DNA of 64,000 bases from Rickettsiales bacterium (GCA_965222525.1 OZ244955.1:705893-769892), one strand, 5' to 3'. Shown: positions 20,220 to 30,739, counted from the stretch's first letter. Numbers and translations are program-made. The notes: generated from the letters alone by a model not told the origin.

Positions 20220-20828
20220 ATGTTAGGTTTTGTTAAGAAGCGTCATGTATCAATTACAATCATAGTGCTTCTTGTGGTGCTGACATTTACCAGGTTTAGC
20301 AACCCCTTATTTTTGCCTTTGTTTGTTGCCCTGCTGGCGGCGATTGCATATGCGATATTGAGGACAATATTCAGGATGAGGAAGCGGCGCCCTGTAATTG
20401 CGGTGATGCTTGGTTTAGTGTTTATCTGGGTAATTGTTCTGGAAATTCAAAACTTTACCGGCTTCTGCCGAGCGGAATGGAAATACTTAACCGACGAGGA
20501 ACTAATACAACGAGCCGCAGGTAAAATATACGAAGAAAATCCATATTGTTGTGAAGTTTATAAAAAAACAAACCATTTTGACAAGGTAGATCTTTTTATT
20601 AACAAATTAACTGCGTATTATATATATGGTTTATATGCCTATTATCCAGATGATGAGTTGCGGTACCCTGATAGGCCGTATGCAATGAACATAATGTATA
20701 TAGATTCTTGTGGAGAGGCATATTGGAGGCCTAGAAGTTATTTAACTGAAAAGTCATATAAATCAACCGTATATTGGATAAAAGAGCGCAAAAACAAAAG
20801 CAAAAGAGAGGAAGCAAATGGCAAATAA
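20220..20828 (+). CDS. Hypothetical membrane protein (3 predicted TM segments)
   Basis: ORF with hydrophobic N-terminal segments. Its 3' end overlaps the next gene by 11 nt. No family recognised. Confidence 0.5.
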   Translation: MLGFVKKRHVSITIIVLLVVLTFTRFSNPLFLPLFVALLAAIAYAILRTIFRMRKRRPVIAVMLGLVFIWVIVLEIQNFTGFCRAEWKYLTDEELIQRAAGKIYEENPYCCEVYKKTNHFDKVDLFINKLTAYYIYGLYAYYPDDELRYPDRPYAMNIMYIDSCGEAYWRPRSYLTEKSYKSTVYWIKERKNKSKREEANGK

Positions 20829-23094
20829 AATATATTTAGGAAATTGGAAGAATCTTGATATCCATAAGATGACGAACATTTATCTTTATGGAACAAAAGA
20901 CACTCCTGAGGATTATGGAGATAGATTGCGTACAAAAGAGCAATATGAGAACCTTCCGGAGATTGAGCTTGATATGGGTACATATATGGGTAACGGTCCT
21001 GGGAAATATGCCCATGCAGCTAAAGCACAGATTGTTCAGGATTTCTTTGACTCTAAAAAACTACCTTTAGGGGATAATAGCTATACCAAAGATGATCTAA
21101 AAGCTAAGGGATATACAGAAAGCGATTTTATATTCTCAATTCAGCATCGTAATATAGATACAGAAAGCAGCGATTATGCAATGCGGACATACATATATAA
21201 TAACTCGGATTTTGAAATATCTTCCAAAGCAGTGTTTGTCGTAAAAGGTGACGAGCGTTATATAGAAAATATGGCCGTGTATGCAAGGCCAGACAATTTT
21301 GATTTTGTATCTCAAGACGATTCTACCAGCGCTGGAAATAAGTTTTTACAAAGTCAGATTGACCCATACAAGATTGGTCGCAAAGTAACCATTGATTTTA
21401 AAGATAAAAGCGCTCCTGTAATAGAAAAATATACTGAAGAGCATTATAAATTTGGGCTGGACGCTTTAGAAAAAGAGCGTGATGAAGAGCCTTGGTCAAT
21501 AGGTACTGACACCTTCCCCGCGATGTTGGACGTCATAGAGAAGTTGAAGGAAAAAGGCACTATAGAATATGAGACGGAGGTGGGGGTTGTTAAGTATGGC
21601 TCAAATGAGGATGATTCGATATCCAGTTATACTGATGGTATAGGCCGTAAAAGCACCGACAGGGATGTTCTTGTAGCTGGTGAGGGTGATGATATTTTGG
21701 TATCTGATATTGGCAATGACCTTTTATATCCCGGAGTTGGTAATGATATTGTTAATGGCGGTGGGGGGATTGACACAGTAATTATAGAGGATACGCATGA
21801 GAATATTACCGGTGATTTGCTGCGTGGTGGAGCTGTAATTGGCAATGACCGTGACCGGTATATCAGCATTGAGGGTGTTGAACTGGATGGTGGTCTTTCC
21901 AATGCATTTTCCGGCACTCATGATTACAACCGTTTTGTTCTCAAGGGCGGTGATCTGAACATTGTGGACGGTATTGCCGGCCCCAATTTGTATGAATTCA
22001 GGCTCAACCCTGACAAGGCCACCGGCAGCAGCCCGTTAAGCGGCAAATATCAGGGGATGGATATCATTGATAATTTCAATCCGGATAGTAAGCTTGATTT
22101 TTCGCATGAAAGTCTTGAGCATATCAAGAGTATGAAGGATTTGAAACCCGAGGAGCTTCCTTCTCCGCTTGACAAGCCTGATGTTGTGTTTGACCTTGGC
22201 TCCGGGCATAAGGTTGGACTTATGAACTATAAGCTTGAAAATTTAACGGCGGAGAATTTTATCTTCAGTGAGGAGCAGAAGCTGGCTTATCTTGCAGAGG
22301 TTGCTGCGTCGGTTTCGGAGACTGCGGGCACTCCAGCTGAGGTTACAGAGGCTCCGGCTGCATCCACTGTACCGGAAGTTGGGGACAGCATGTCGAAGAC
22401 TCCTGCGTCTTCAGAGGTGCCGGAAGTTTCTGCACCTGAAACTCCCACTACGCCTGAGTTATCTCCTGAAATGCAAGACACCCCCGGTTCTTCGGGTCTT
22501 ACGCCTGAACAGGCGGAGCTACAGGAACAGCTTGAGGATACGGTTGATGTGATTGGGGATATTATTCAGGGAATGCAGGATATTGCGAAGGCACTTGGTG
22601 ATATCGGCCAGCAGATTGATGATTTCTTCAGCGGTATATCTGGGTTGTTTGAGGCAGAAATTGCCCCTGCTGCTGGAGACAAATCCGGCGAAATCATGCC
22701 CACAGCCGAGGCCTATACCGGCATTGAATCTCCGGTATCGGAACAACCCAACCACATAGAATCGGCAATTGATGAAATGGCGGCCAACACCAGCCCCGAT
22801 GGTACGAGTATCCCCGAATCCGATATAGTGGTTGAGGTGGCTTCTGTGTCTGAGGCGGCGGCTTTACCGTTTATACCGATGTCACCGATAATGAGTGTTG
22901 GGATGAGTGCGGTGATTACTCCGGTTGTAAATTTCAAGGCTGCCCATACCGCTGTATATGATGCTGAAACCGGTACTACCCGCAGTGTGTACGACCCTGA
23001 TATGGTGCAGGGACCTAGGCCGTGTCGACATTCACTACTATCATGGCCTGCAAATGATAATTTTCTGCGCTTCCGTGCTTCACGTACATCTTAA
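20818..23094 (+). CDS. Large RTX-repeat (hemolysin-type Ca-binding) protein, 5' part; the last 25 codons and the stop are contributed by element E1
   Basis: Has GGxGxD-type nonapeptides (VAGEGDDILVSDIGNDLLYPGVGNDIVNGGGGIDTVI), then a Pro/Glu/Thr-rich acidic region. The frame is shared with 23149..23979. Confidence 0.65.
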   Translation: MANKIYLGNWKNLDIHKMTNIYLYGTKDTPEDYGDRLRTKEQYENLPEIELDMGTYMGNGPGKYAHAAKAQIVQDFFDSKKLPLGDNSYTKDDLKAKGYTESDFIFSIQHRNIDTESSDYAMRTYIYNNSDFEISSKAVFVVKGDERYIENMAVYARPDNFDFVSQDDSTSAGNKFLQSQIDPYKIGRKVTIDFKDKSAPVIEKYTEEHYKFGLDALEKERDEEPWSIGTDTFPAMLDVIEKLKEKGTIEYETEVGVVKYGSNEDDSISSYTDGIGRKSTDRDVLVAGEGDDILVSDIGNDLLYPGVGNDIVNGGGGIDTVIIEDTHENITGDLLRGGAVIGNDRDRYISIEGVELDGGLSNAFSGTHDYNRFVLKGGDLNIVDGIAGPNLYEFRLNPDKATGSSPLSGKYQGMDIIDNFNPDSKLDFSHESLEHIKSMKDLKPEELPSPLDKPDVVFDLGSGHKVGLMNYKLENLTAENFIFSEEQKLAYLAEVAASVSETAGTPAEVTEAPAASTVPEVGDSMSKTPASSEVPEVSAPETPTTPELSPEMQDTPGSSGLTPEQAELQEQLEDTVDVIGDIIQGMQDIAKALGDIGQQIDDFFSGISGLFEAEIAPAAGDKSGEIMPTAEAYTGIESPVSEQPNHIESAIDEMAANTSPDGTSIPESDIVVEVASVSEAAALPFIPMSPIMSVGMSAVITPVVNFKAAHTAVYDAETGTTRSVYDPDMVQGPRPCRHSLLSWPANDNFLRFRASRTS

Positions 23095-23163
23095 GTACGA
23101 TGCAGTACGGTTCTCGAAAACCATCATTTTCGGCACATGCTAGCGTGAATGTCGACACGGCCT
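23017..23163. repeat. Family E palindromic element, copy E1 (147 bp), inserted inside a coding region
   Basis: Perfect 19-nt outer inverted repeat aggccgtgtcgacattcac / gtgaatgtcgacacggcct. The core is homologous to E2 and E3. Confidence 0.9.
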
Positions 23164-23979
23164 GAACAATCACTGAAAAACATCGCAGGTGAAATACAGG
23201 ATGAAACGTATAATTATGATTCAAGGATTTTAAAAAGTGCAGCACTGAACAAGGAACAGAAGCAGGTTTTCGAAACTCTCAAGACAGAAATTTACGATTA
23301 CATTATCAATGCTGATGAAGATAAGGCAAAGCTGACCAATCGGGAGGATGTAATAGAGCATTTATGGGATAAAGGTCTGCTTGAGAATCTGGACAAGGAT
23401 AATCCGGACAACAGGAATGTATTTGCAGGTAATGAGAGAACCATAGATAAGTATTTATTGAACAAAGTGCTTAAATCTCAGGATATTAACTCGGTTCATG
23501 ATATAATTGGACTTGATAAGGAGGGTAACAACAATGATAAAACCGTCAACTTCACCGATGTAATAGGAAAGGACAGGAAACAGGCAGTTAAAAACCTTGT
23601 CAGCAACGAGATTGAGGGAACCAGGAAAAATCTGGGCGATTATGCTGCTGCTATCAGGCAAGAGTTCGGCAGCTTTAAAGGCTCCGGCGAAGGAATTAAG
23701 GAAGCGCTACGACCAAAACATGCCAAAAAGCACAAGGACGATAAAGTTGAAAATCCGGAAGAAGCAAAACCTTCGTTCGATAACCAGCAGGACAGACCAT
23801 TCACCCAGCGGTTCAAGTCGGGACTCTCAAACACCAAACAAGGCATAATAGACAGAATAGACTTCACATCCCGCTCCACAACCGGCCACCCAATCCTCAT
23901 AAAATCAAAATCCATGCAAAACATCCTCGAAAAACAACAGGAAAATAATCCCTCCCAGCAAAACAAACCTCATAGGTAG
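23149..23979 (+). CDS. 3' part of the interrupted RTX-repeat gene (or an independent 276-aa ORF)
   Basis: Same reading frame as 20818..23094. Its ATG lies inside the E1 right arm. The product is a charged low-complexity protein. Confidence 0.5.
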   Translation: MSTRPEQSLKNIAGEIQDETYNYDSRILKSAALNKEQKQVFETLKTEIYDYIINADEDKAKLTNREDVIEHLWDKGLLENLDKDNPDNRNVFAGNERTIDKYLLNKVLKSQDINSVHDIIGLDKEGNNNDKTVNFTDVIGKDRKQAVKNLVSNEIEGTRKNLGDYAAAIRQEFGSFKGSGEGIKEALRPKHAKKHKDDKVENPEEAKPSFDNQQDRPFTQRFKSGLSNTKQGIIDRIDFTSRSTTGHPILIKSKSMQNILEKQQENNPSQQNKPHR

Positions 23980-24192
23980 TGGCTATATCAGTCTAACTTA
24001 ATCTGAATTGTCCAAATAGAGATAGTCTCCCTAGCCGCAAGACTACAAGAGCATTTTAGAATTGATGGGTGAGATGATGGGATGATGCGTCTAGCACGCC
24101 AAAAGCCCTTGCTGAGCAACGAAGGGGGAGAGGCTGTCACATTGAAGGGCTATAGTATTGAGATATAACAATAGTTGCTGGAGGCATTTATA

Positions 24193-24216
24193 TTTGTACC
24201 CCCAATTATACCCGCA
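24193..24216. promoter_or_regulatory. Candidate integrase arm-type site pair at the distal island end
   Basis: tttgtacccccaattatacccgca matches 34856..34879 in 20 of 24 positions, in direct orientation. Confidence 0.4.
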
Positions 24217-24249
24217 GAATGATTTGCCTCTCGTATTTTAGGTTGGAAA

Positions 24250-27200
24250 TCAGCATAAAGAAATTTTCTCACCTCGCAATGCTCCGTAAACAACATCAAG
24301 TAGTAAAGCGGATAGCATATTCATCTTATGCTTGTCACCCAAAACCTGCGAAGCAGCATCACCCTGCTTCTCCATTCTGGTTATAACGGCATTCTGAATG
24401 GCATTCTTATAATCACCATGTTTGAAGGTTTCCTTTGAATTATTTTGAGCTTGCTTACGCAAATCTTCATTTTCCAGGACTTTGCCGACCAAACCTCTGG
24501 TAAAATCAACCTTATCACCTTCAGACAGGTCACCAGACAAAAGGTCATTAATCTTAATGAGAAGCTCATCAAGCTCTATCAATTCTTTTTCTCTAGCCTT
24601 ACCAGTACCCACTTCGGTTGCTGGCCTCAAGGCCGGGTTGTCTTCAAGTTTTATATGAAGTTCAGCTTGTTTCTCAATTTTAAACAAGGCAAGTTCAACA
24701 TAGGGGTCAATTTTGATTGACTCGGAGCGCTGTTCATCATTTTTAATCTTACGGCTTAGAAACCTGCCATATATAGCCAGTTTCTCAAGGTCGGAATCAA
24801 CAAAGGCAACTATCTGGCATACAAAGTCATATAATCTCACGAACTTTATCAGCTTATCCTTGAAGTCTACCCGTTTTTCTTCCTCTAATGCTTTAAATCT
24901 GTCGAGAGCTGGGTCTATATGGCTTTGCAATGCCCCTTGATTCTTATTAGTTTTTTTATAAAATTCTTTTATAAAAGCTTCAATTTCCTCTACTAAATAA
25001 ACATTATACCCGCAAAGCTCTTTTTCTATGTCATAAAGCAGGTTTGGGTCGGTTTCCTCTTCCAGGATGGTCTTTTTGTAGTAAGGTTCAAATGCTGTCC
25101 TTATATCATCCGGTTCATTTATAAAATCCAGAACAAACGTATCCCGTTTTTCAGGGTGAATACGATTCAGGCGAGATAATGTTTGTACAGCTGTCACCCC
25201 ACTTAATTTCTTATCAACATACATGGTATGCAAAAGGGGCTGGCCGAAGCCTGTTTGAAATTTGTCAGCAACTATAAGAACCTGAAATTCTTCCGATGCA
25301 AAGGCTTCTTTGATATCCCTGCCTTTTAAATTTCCGTTCATATTTTTTTCCGTGAATTCAAATTCAGGAAAGTCTTTATCCTTAACCGTACCGGAAAAAG
25401 CTACAATTGATTGTATGTCCGGATATCCCTTTTCCTGTATGTATTTTTCAAATGCTTTCTGATATCTAACCACCGCCTGCCTTGAATCAGTTACCAGCAT
25501 AGCTTTTGCCTTACCGCCGATTTTAGATGTAACAAAATGGCGGAAATGCTCAATAATAATCTCAACCTTCTGGCTTATCTGGTAAGGATGCAGCTTGATA
25601 TATTTTGTCAGCGCCCTTACAGCCTTATCCTTTTCAAATTCAGGATTATCTTCAACCTTTTTAGCCACCTTATAGAAGGTTTTGTATGGTGTATATTTTT
25701 GCAGCACATCCATGATAAAGCCCTCTTCAATGGCCTGTTTCATACTATATTCATGGAAGGCCTCCGGCTTGCTATCAGGCATTTTCCTGTTACCGAACAG
25801 CTCTATTGTTTTGGTTTTCGGGGTTGCTGTGAAGGCATAAAATGAAACATTTTTGGGAAATTGTTTGGATTTTATAACTTCAACAATCAGTTCTTCCAGA
25901 TCTTTTTCATCTCCCGCTTTTTTTCCAAGGGCAACTTTCAGCTTTGCAGCAGCATCACCCGCCTGCGAAGAATGTGCTTCATCAATGATAACAGCAAAGC
26001 TGGAGTCTTTCATATTATGCACATCTTCCAGGATATTAGGAAAGGTTTGAATTGTAGTAATGATGATCTGCCTCTTTTCATTCAAGGCGTTGGATAATTG
26101 TTTGCCTTTGCTACCCTTTGTTTCATCGATATACTCGATAACACCTGATTTATGATCAAACTGCTCGATGGTTCTACGTAATTGCTGATCCAGCACACGC
26201 CTGTCAGTTACAACAATCACGCTATCAAATATCGGTTTATTGTCCGTATGCAGGCCTTGCAGGCGATGGGCAAGCCAGGCTATAGAGTTAGACTTTCCGG
26301 AACCGGCACTATGCTGGACAAGATAACGATTACCCGCCTTTCTCTGACGGGTATCATTTAACAGTTCGGTAACTGCTTCCCACTGGTGATAGCGTGGGAA
26401 TATAAGGGTTTCCTTGGTTTTTCTTTTACCATTCCTGTCGAATTTTTCTTTTTTCTCCAGATGGATAAAACGGGTGATAATATCCAGCCAGTTATCTTTC
26501 TGCCAGATAGTATCCCACATGTAATTGGTACGGTAGGTTCCTTCAACTGGCGGATTTCCTGCACCGGAATCAAAGCCCCTGTTAAACGGCAGAAAGAAAG
26601 TGTTTACACCATTCAGCCTGGTTGTCATATAAACTTCATCCGATGACATGGCAAAATGTACAAGCCCACGTTTTTTAAAGGATAACAGCGGTTCACCGGC
26701 AGGGTTGCGACTATGTTTATACTGATTTATGGCATCATTGACACTTTGAGTGAAGCCTGTTTTTAGCTCCGCTGTGGCAACAGGCAGGCCATTTACAAAC
26801 AACACAATGTCAATTGAATTTTCGTTACGCTGGCTGTAATGCAACTGGCGTACTGCAATCAGGCGATTCTGACTATAAAGCTCGATAATATCTTCATTCA
26901 GGGCGTTATTAGGCTGTTTGAAGCAAAGCTCGAATTTTACGCCCCTGTCCTTGAAGCCATTGCGGATAATGTGTAACATACCGTGTTTGTCAAGCTCCTG
27001 GCATAATCGCCTGATAAACTGGTAATCGCTGTCGCCATTATAATTTTGTGAGTGGCGTTGCCATGTTTCCGGCTGGGTTGTTTTGATAAAATTCAGCACA
27101 TTATCGGGCAGGATGGCATTGGCGCGGTCATAATTGGCTTTGGCAAAATCAGGGTCATTCGGGCGGTCACTTAACACCTGCCAGCCATTTGATTGCAAGG

Positions 27201-27264
27201 CATGGCATACGTCTAATTCAAACGGCTCTTCGGTATGTATCTTAGCTGCCTGGGTCATGCGCAT
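24250..27264 (-). CDS. hsdR: Type I restriction enzyme R subunit
   Basis: 1004 aa with an N-terminal nuclease region, SF2 helicase motifs HSAGSGKSNS and IIDEAHSSQ, and a helical C-terminus. Confidence 0.93.
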   Translation of the reverse strand: MRMTQAAKIHTEEPFELDVCHALQSNGWQVLSDRPNDPDFAKANYDRANAILPDNVLNFIKTTQPETWQRHSQNYNGDSDYQFIRRLCQELDKHGMLHIIRNGFKDRGVKFELCFKQPNNALNEDIIELYSQNRLIAVRQLHYSQRNENSIDIVLFVNGLPVATAELKTGFTQSVNDAINQYKHSRNPAGEPLLSFKKRGLVHFAMSSDEVYMTTRLNGVNTFFLPFNRGFDSGAGNPPVEGTYRTNYMWDTIWQKDNWLDIITRFIHLEKKEKFDRNGKRKTKETLIFPRYHQWEAVTELLNDTRQRKAGNRYLVQHSAGSGKSNSIAWLAHRLQGLHTDNKPIFDSVIVVTDRRVLDQQLRRTIEQFDHKSGVIEYIDETKGSKGKQLSNALNEKRQIIITTIQTFPNILEDVHNMKDSSFAVIIDEAHSSQAGDAAAKLKVALGKKAGDEKDLEELIVEVIKSKQFPKNVSFYAFTATPKTKTIELFGNRKMPDSKPEAFHEYSMKQAIEEGFIMDVLQKYTPYKTFYKVAKKVEDNPEFEKDKAVRALTKYIKLHPYQISQKVEIIIEHFRHFVTSKIGGKAKAMLVTDSRQAVVRYQKAFEKYIQEKGYPDIQSIVAFSGTVKDKDFPEFEFTEKNMNGNLKGRDIKEAFASEEFQVLIVADKFQTGFGQPLLHTMYVDKKLSGVTAVQTLSRLNRIHPEKRDTFVLDFINEPDDIRTAFEPYYKKTILEEETDPNLLYDIEKELCGYNVYLVEEIEAFIKEFYKKTNKNQGALQSHIDPALDRFKALEEEKRVDFKDKLIKFVRLYDFVCQIVAFVDSDLEKLAIYGRFLSRKIKNDEQRSESIKIDPYVELALFKIEKQAELHIKLEDNPALRPATEVGTGKAREKELIELDELLIKINDLLSGDLSEGDKVDFTRGLVGKVLENEDLRKQAQNNSKETFKHGDYKNAIQNAVITRMEKQGDAASQVLGDKHKMNMLSALLLDVVYGALRGEKISLC

Positions 27265-28715
27265 TGCCTTAATTGTCCTAATTGACTTACTTGCTCAATT
27301 ACTCCCGACTTAGTTTGCTCGGTGGAGTGGTTCTTTGTCTGGTTACTTTGCCCATCTGTTCTGACCTGGTTACCAGTTACCTTTATTTGCCCCGTTACCG
27401 CTGAAGTTATAAGGGCGGTACGGTATTCTTTTAAAAGCTCAATCTGCTTATCTGTTTTGGATTGAAGTAGATCTATTTTAGTGGTTTGGGTATCTAGGTA
27501 TTCGGCTATCTGTTTTTGTTCTTGTAATGGAGGGATGGTAAACAATAAGTTTCCAGCTTGTTCAAAATTCAAACCTTCTCTTGACGTTCCATTCTCACCA
27601 CATAAAATTTGTTCCTTTGCAACCTGTGAGCAAAATAAATTATATAAAAATAAAGACGATAAACTATTTTTTATCGGTCTAAATATACAGACGTGTTGAT
27701 TTACGTTTGCCTTTGGAAAATTTTCTGGAACTAAATTTGTTCTTCCTATTGAAGCACCTGTTATATTTAATAAAACGTCCCCAGCATGTATCCTAGTTGA
27801 CAATTGAATGATTTCAACATCTTTGCTTATGTAAACAACATCATCAAGTCTTAAACCATCATCATATATATTTTGGCTTCTAAGTAACATTATTCCTGAA
27901 CCGATATAAACTTCTGCTCCACCCCTTGGAGTTTTGCCGCTTCCTATATGAGAAACAAAATACTTCAACCGCTTAACCTCCCAATGCTTCGGCACTTGCG
28001 GAAGCCATTCTATGCCAGTTTCTTTCATAGGGGCGGATGCGTTTAAGCCTCTGGTAACGGCACGGGTGATGAGGGCGGTACGTTTTTCGGTTAGCAGTTC
28101 CTTTTGCCTCTCCAACTTTTCCAGCAAACTGTCAATCTTCCCCGTCTTCTCATCCAAAAAATCCGCTATAGCCTTTTGTTCTGGTAGTGGTGGAAGTGGT
28201 ATTAAAAAGTTTTCTATAAATTCTTGAGGAACTCGTTTTTGTCCAGCCGCACCTTTCATCTCGCTTTCACCAATATTCATAAAAGAAGTGGTCTTAGTAT
28301 GGTTATAAAGGTGCTCAGGTAATATTGATTTATTAGCTCTTATCACATGAAATTCAGTTGTTCCAAAGCCAATGGAGTTTTTTAAACCAGAAACTAAACA
28401 GCCTTTTCCATTTTCAAAACATGGTGTAATCTTTGCCAGCAGAATATCAAAATCTTTAAAATATGTGAACCCAGCAATTACTTCAGATAACGGCTTATTT
28501 GTTGATAAATCAAAATTACCCTTATTGCTGACGCTTTCCATAGGCAAGAACGACACTTCTGTCGATGCAGGAAGTGCTCGTACTTCGCTTTTTGTAGGGT
28601 TTATCTTATCGCAACAATATTTAAGCTTCTTAACCTCCCACCCCTCAGGGACTCTCGGCAGCCACTCAATCCCCGTTTCCTTATACGCCTCATATTTAGG
28701 GTAATTTGAGATCAT
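27255..28715 (-). CDS. hsdS: Type I restriction-modification S (specificity) subunit
   Basis: Two target-recognition domains separated and followed by conserved helices (LPPLPEQKAIADFLD..., IPPLQEQKQIAEYLD...). It overlaps hsdM by 4 nt and hsdR by 10 nt. Confidence 0.9.
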   Translation of the reverse strand: MISNYPKYEAYKETGIEWLPRVPEGWEVKKLKYCCDKINPTKSEVRALPASTEVSFLPMESVSNKGNFDLSTNKPLSEVIAGFTYFKDFDILLAKITPCFENGKGCLVSGLKNSIGFGTTEFHVIRANKSILPEHLYNHTKTTSFMNIGESEMKGAAGQKRVPQEFIENFLIPLPPLPEQKAIADFLDEKTGKIDSLLEKLERQKELLTEKRTALITRAVTRGLNASAPMKETGIEWLPQVPKHWEVKRLKYFVSHIGSGKTPRGGAEVYIGSGIMLLRSQNIYDDGLRLDDVVYISKDVEIIQLSTRIHAGDVLLNITGASIGRTNLVPENFPKANVNQHVCIFRPIKNSLSSLFLYNLFCSQVAKEQILCGENGTSREGLNFEQAGNLLFTIPPLQEQKQIAEYLDTQTTKIDLLQSKTDKQIELLKEYRTALITSAVTGQIKVTGNQVRTDGQSNQTKNHSTEQTKSGVIEQVSQLGQLRQCA

Positions 28716-30739
28716 GCTGCCTCGCTCATAAGCTCCAATATTTCTTGCTGAAGGATTAACAACTCGCTTTCTATTTCTTCCAGTGGCCTCGGTGGGGTGT
28801 AAGTATAGAAATGCCGTGTGAACGGGATTTCATAGCCGCGCACGGTCTTGCTCTCATCAATCCAGGCATCCGGAACATGTGGCAATACTTCACGATCGAA
28901 ATACTCCCGTATATCCTCTTTTAACGGCACGTTTTCATTATCTCGTAACTTTGGGTCGGCTTTCGGCCTGTCCTTGTTATCCCTAACAATTGCCGCATTC
29001 TCATCACGCTGGCCTAGCCCTTCCGTTAAAATCTTCAATAATTTGGCATCCAGCCTTAACCCCCCAAATATCTGCTTAATATCCTCTGTAAACAAAGCCG
29101 CATCCATCCAGTGTTTCCCTGTGTGAGCCTTGAGAATCTCAATAATACGGCCTTGCAGTTTCTTGCCTTCCGCAATCTCTTTCTCACCAGTCTTGCCTTT
29201 TTTCCTGGAGACTGCCAGCTTTTCAAAACCACTCCCCCCCTGTAACGCCGCAATAGAATCCTCTGTTATATCAAAGCGCAACCGCAAAGGACGCTCAACA
29301 GTAATCCTTTCATAGCCAAAATCATCATTGTCAAAAATCCTGACCAGTCCGTTTTGTTCAAACTCCCCATATATACGGGTAATCTCATCAATCTGTTTAT
29401 CGGTAATCAGGTTACGTTTACTGCCAAGGCTTTTACGCATCTTTTCTGAAAAACCCACCGCATTAACTAGCTGCACCTTACCTTTACGCTTTTGCTCCTT
29501 GCGGTTAGTTAGAACCCATATATAGGTTGCAATTCCCGTATTATAAAACAGGTCATTCGGCAGGGCAATCACCGCCTCCAACCAGTCATTCTCTATAATC
29601 CATTTCCGTATATCTGATTCGCCACTACCTGCACTACCCGTAAATAATGGCGAACCATTAAAGACAATCGCTATACGGCTGCCACCTTCATATTCTCCGC
29701 TGTCATTCTTTCTGGCGGGAATCATCTTTGCAATCATGGTTTGCAGGAATAACAACGAACCATCATTGATACGTGGCAAGCCAGCACCAAACCGCCCGTT
29801 ATAGCCCCGCAACTGGTTTTCCTGCTTTACTTCCTTTTCCTGCTTCTTCCACTCGACACCAAATGGAGGGTTGCATAGCATATAATCAAACTTTTCATCG
29901 CTCAGGCCATCATTGCGCAACGTATCGCCAAAAATAATATGATCGGTGTTCTGTCCCTTGATAATCATGTCAGAGGTGCAGATTGCCGATGACTCAGGGT
30001 TGATTTCCTGTCCGAATAATACGGTTTTAATACTGGTGTTGAGGCTGTGCAGGAATTTTTCCGATTCGGACAACATACCGCCCGTACCACATGCAGGGTC
30101 ATATATTTTAAATATCTTGCTATCATCGGTAAGTAATTGGTTCTCACGCTCACTGTTAAAAATTATATTTACCATCAGGTCTATTACTTCACGTGGGGTA
30201 AAATGCTCCCCCGCCGTTTCATTCGACAGCTCTGCAAAGCGGCGTATAAGCTCTTCAAATGCGTAGCCCATCTCATTATTGGCCACACGGTTCGGGTGCA
30301 GGTCTATGTTTACAAATCTTTGGGCAATCAAATAAAGCAAGTCAGCACTATCAAGTCTGGCAATCTGCTTTTCAATTTCAAAATGTCCCATAATGTTACG
30401 TACATTATCGCTATAACCTTCAATATATTTATTCAGGTTCTGCTTTATCTGGTTGGGATCATCCAAAAGAGATTTAAACGTAAAACGGGAAATATTGTAA
30501 AAGCCTTCTTTTGAAATAGAGCGGATTACAGGTTCCGGAACATCGCCAGTAAAACGCTGCTTCTGCTCTTCATAGACTTTATCAAATTCGGATTTCTTCG
30601 GCTCTATGATACAGTCTAGCCGACGTAATACGGTAAATGGAAGTATGATTTTACCGTATTCTGATTGCTTGAAATCACCTCTTAATAAATCGGCGATGCT
30701 CCATATAAAACCAGCAAGCTCCTTAACGTTCTCAACCAT
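28712..30739 (-). CDS. hsdM: Type I restriction-modification M subunit (N6-adenine methyltransferase)
   Basis: HsdM N-terminal pattern (FIWSIADLLRGDFKQSEYGKIILPFTVLRRLD), AdoMet motif DPACGTGGML and catalytic NPPFG. Confidence 0.93.
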   Translation of the reverse strand: MVENVKELAGFIWSIADLLRGDFKQSEYGKIILPFTVLRRLDCIIEPKKSEFDKVYEEQKQRFTGDVPEPVIRSISKEGFYNISRFTFKSLLDDPNQIKQNLNKYIEGYSDNVRNIMGHFEIEKQIARLDSADLLYLIAQRFVNIDLHPNRVANNEMGYAFEELIRRFAELSNETAGEHFTPREVIDLMVNIIFNSERENQLLTDDSKIFKIYDPACGTGGMLSESEKFLHSLNTSIKTVLFGQEINPESSAICTSDMIIKGQNTDHIIFGDTLRNDGLSDEKFDYMLCNPPFGVEWKKQEKEVKQENQLRGYNGRFGAGLPRINDGSLLFLQTMIAKMIPARKNDSGEYEGGSRIAIVFNGSPLFTGSAGSGESDIRKWIIENDWLEAVIALPNDLFYNTGIATYIWVLTNRKEQKRKGKVQLVNAVGFSEKMRKSLGSKRNLITDKQIDEITRIYGEFEQNGLVRIFDNDDFGYERITVERPLRLRFDITEDSIAALQGGSGFEKLAVSRKKGKTGEKEIAEGKKLQGRIIEILKAHTGKHWMDAALFTEDIKQIFGGLRLDAKLLKILTEGLGQRDENAAIVRDNKDRPKADPKLRDNENVPLKEDIREYFDREVLPHVPDAWIDESKTVRGYEIPFTRHFYTYTPPRPLEEIESELLILQQEILELMSEAA

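Noticed and set aside
24121-24138. gaagggggagaggctgtc as the attR core copy of the tRNA-Ser 3' end.
   Set aside because: Only about 11 of 16 positions match ggagggagagggattc. That is too weak to call on its own, so it is kept only as a pointer inside the island finding.
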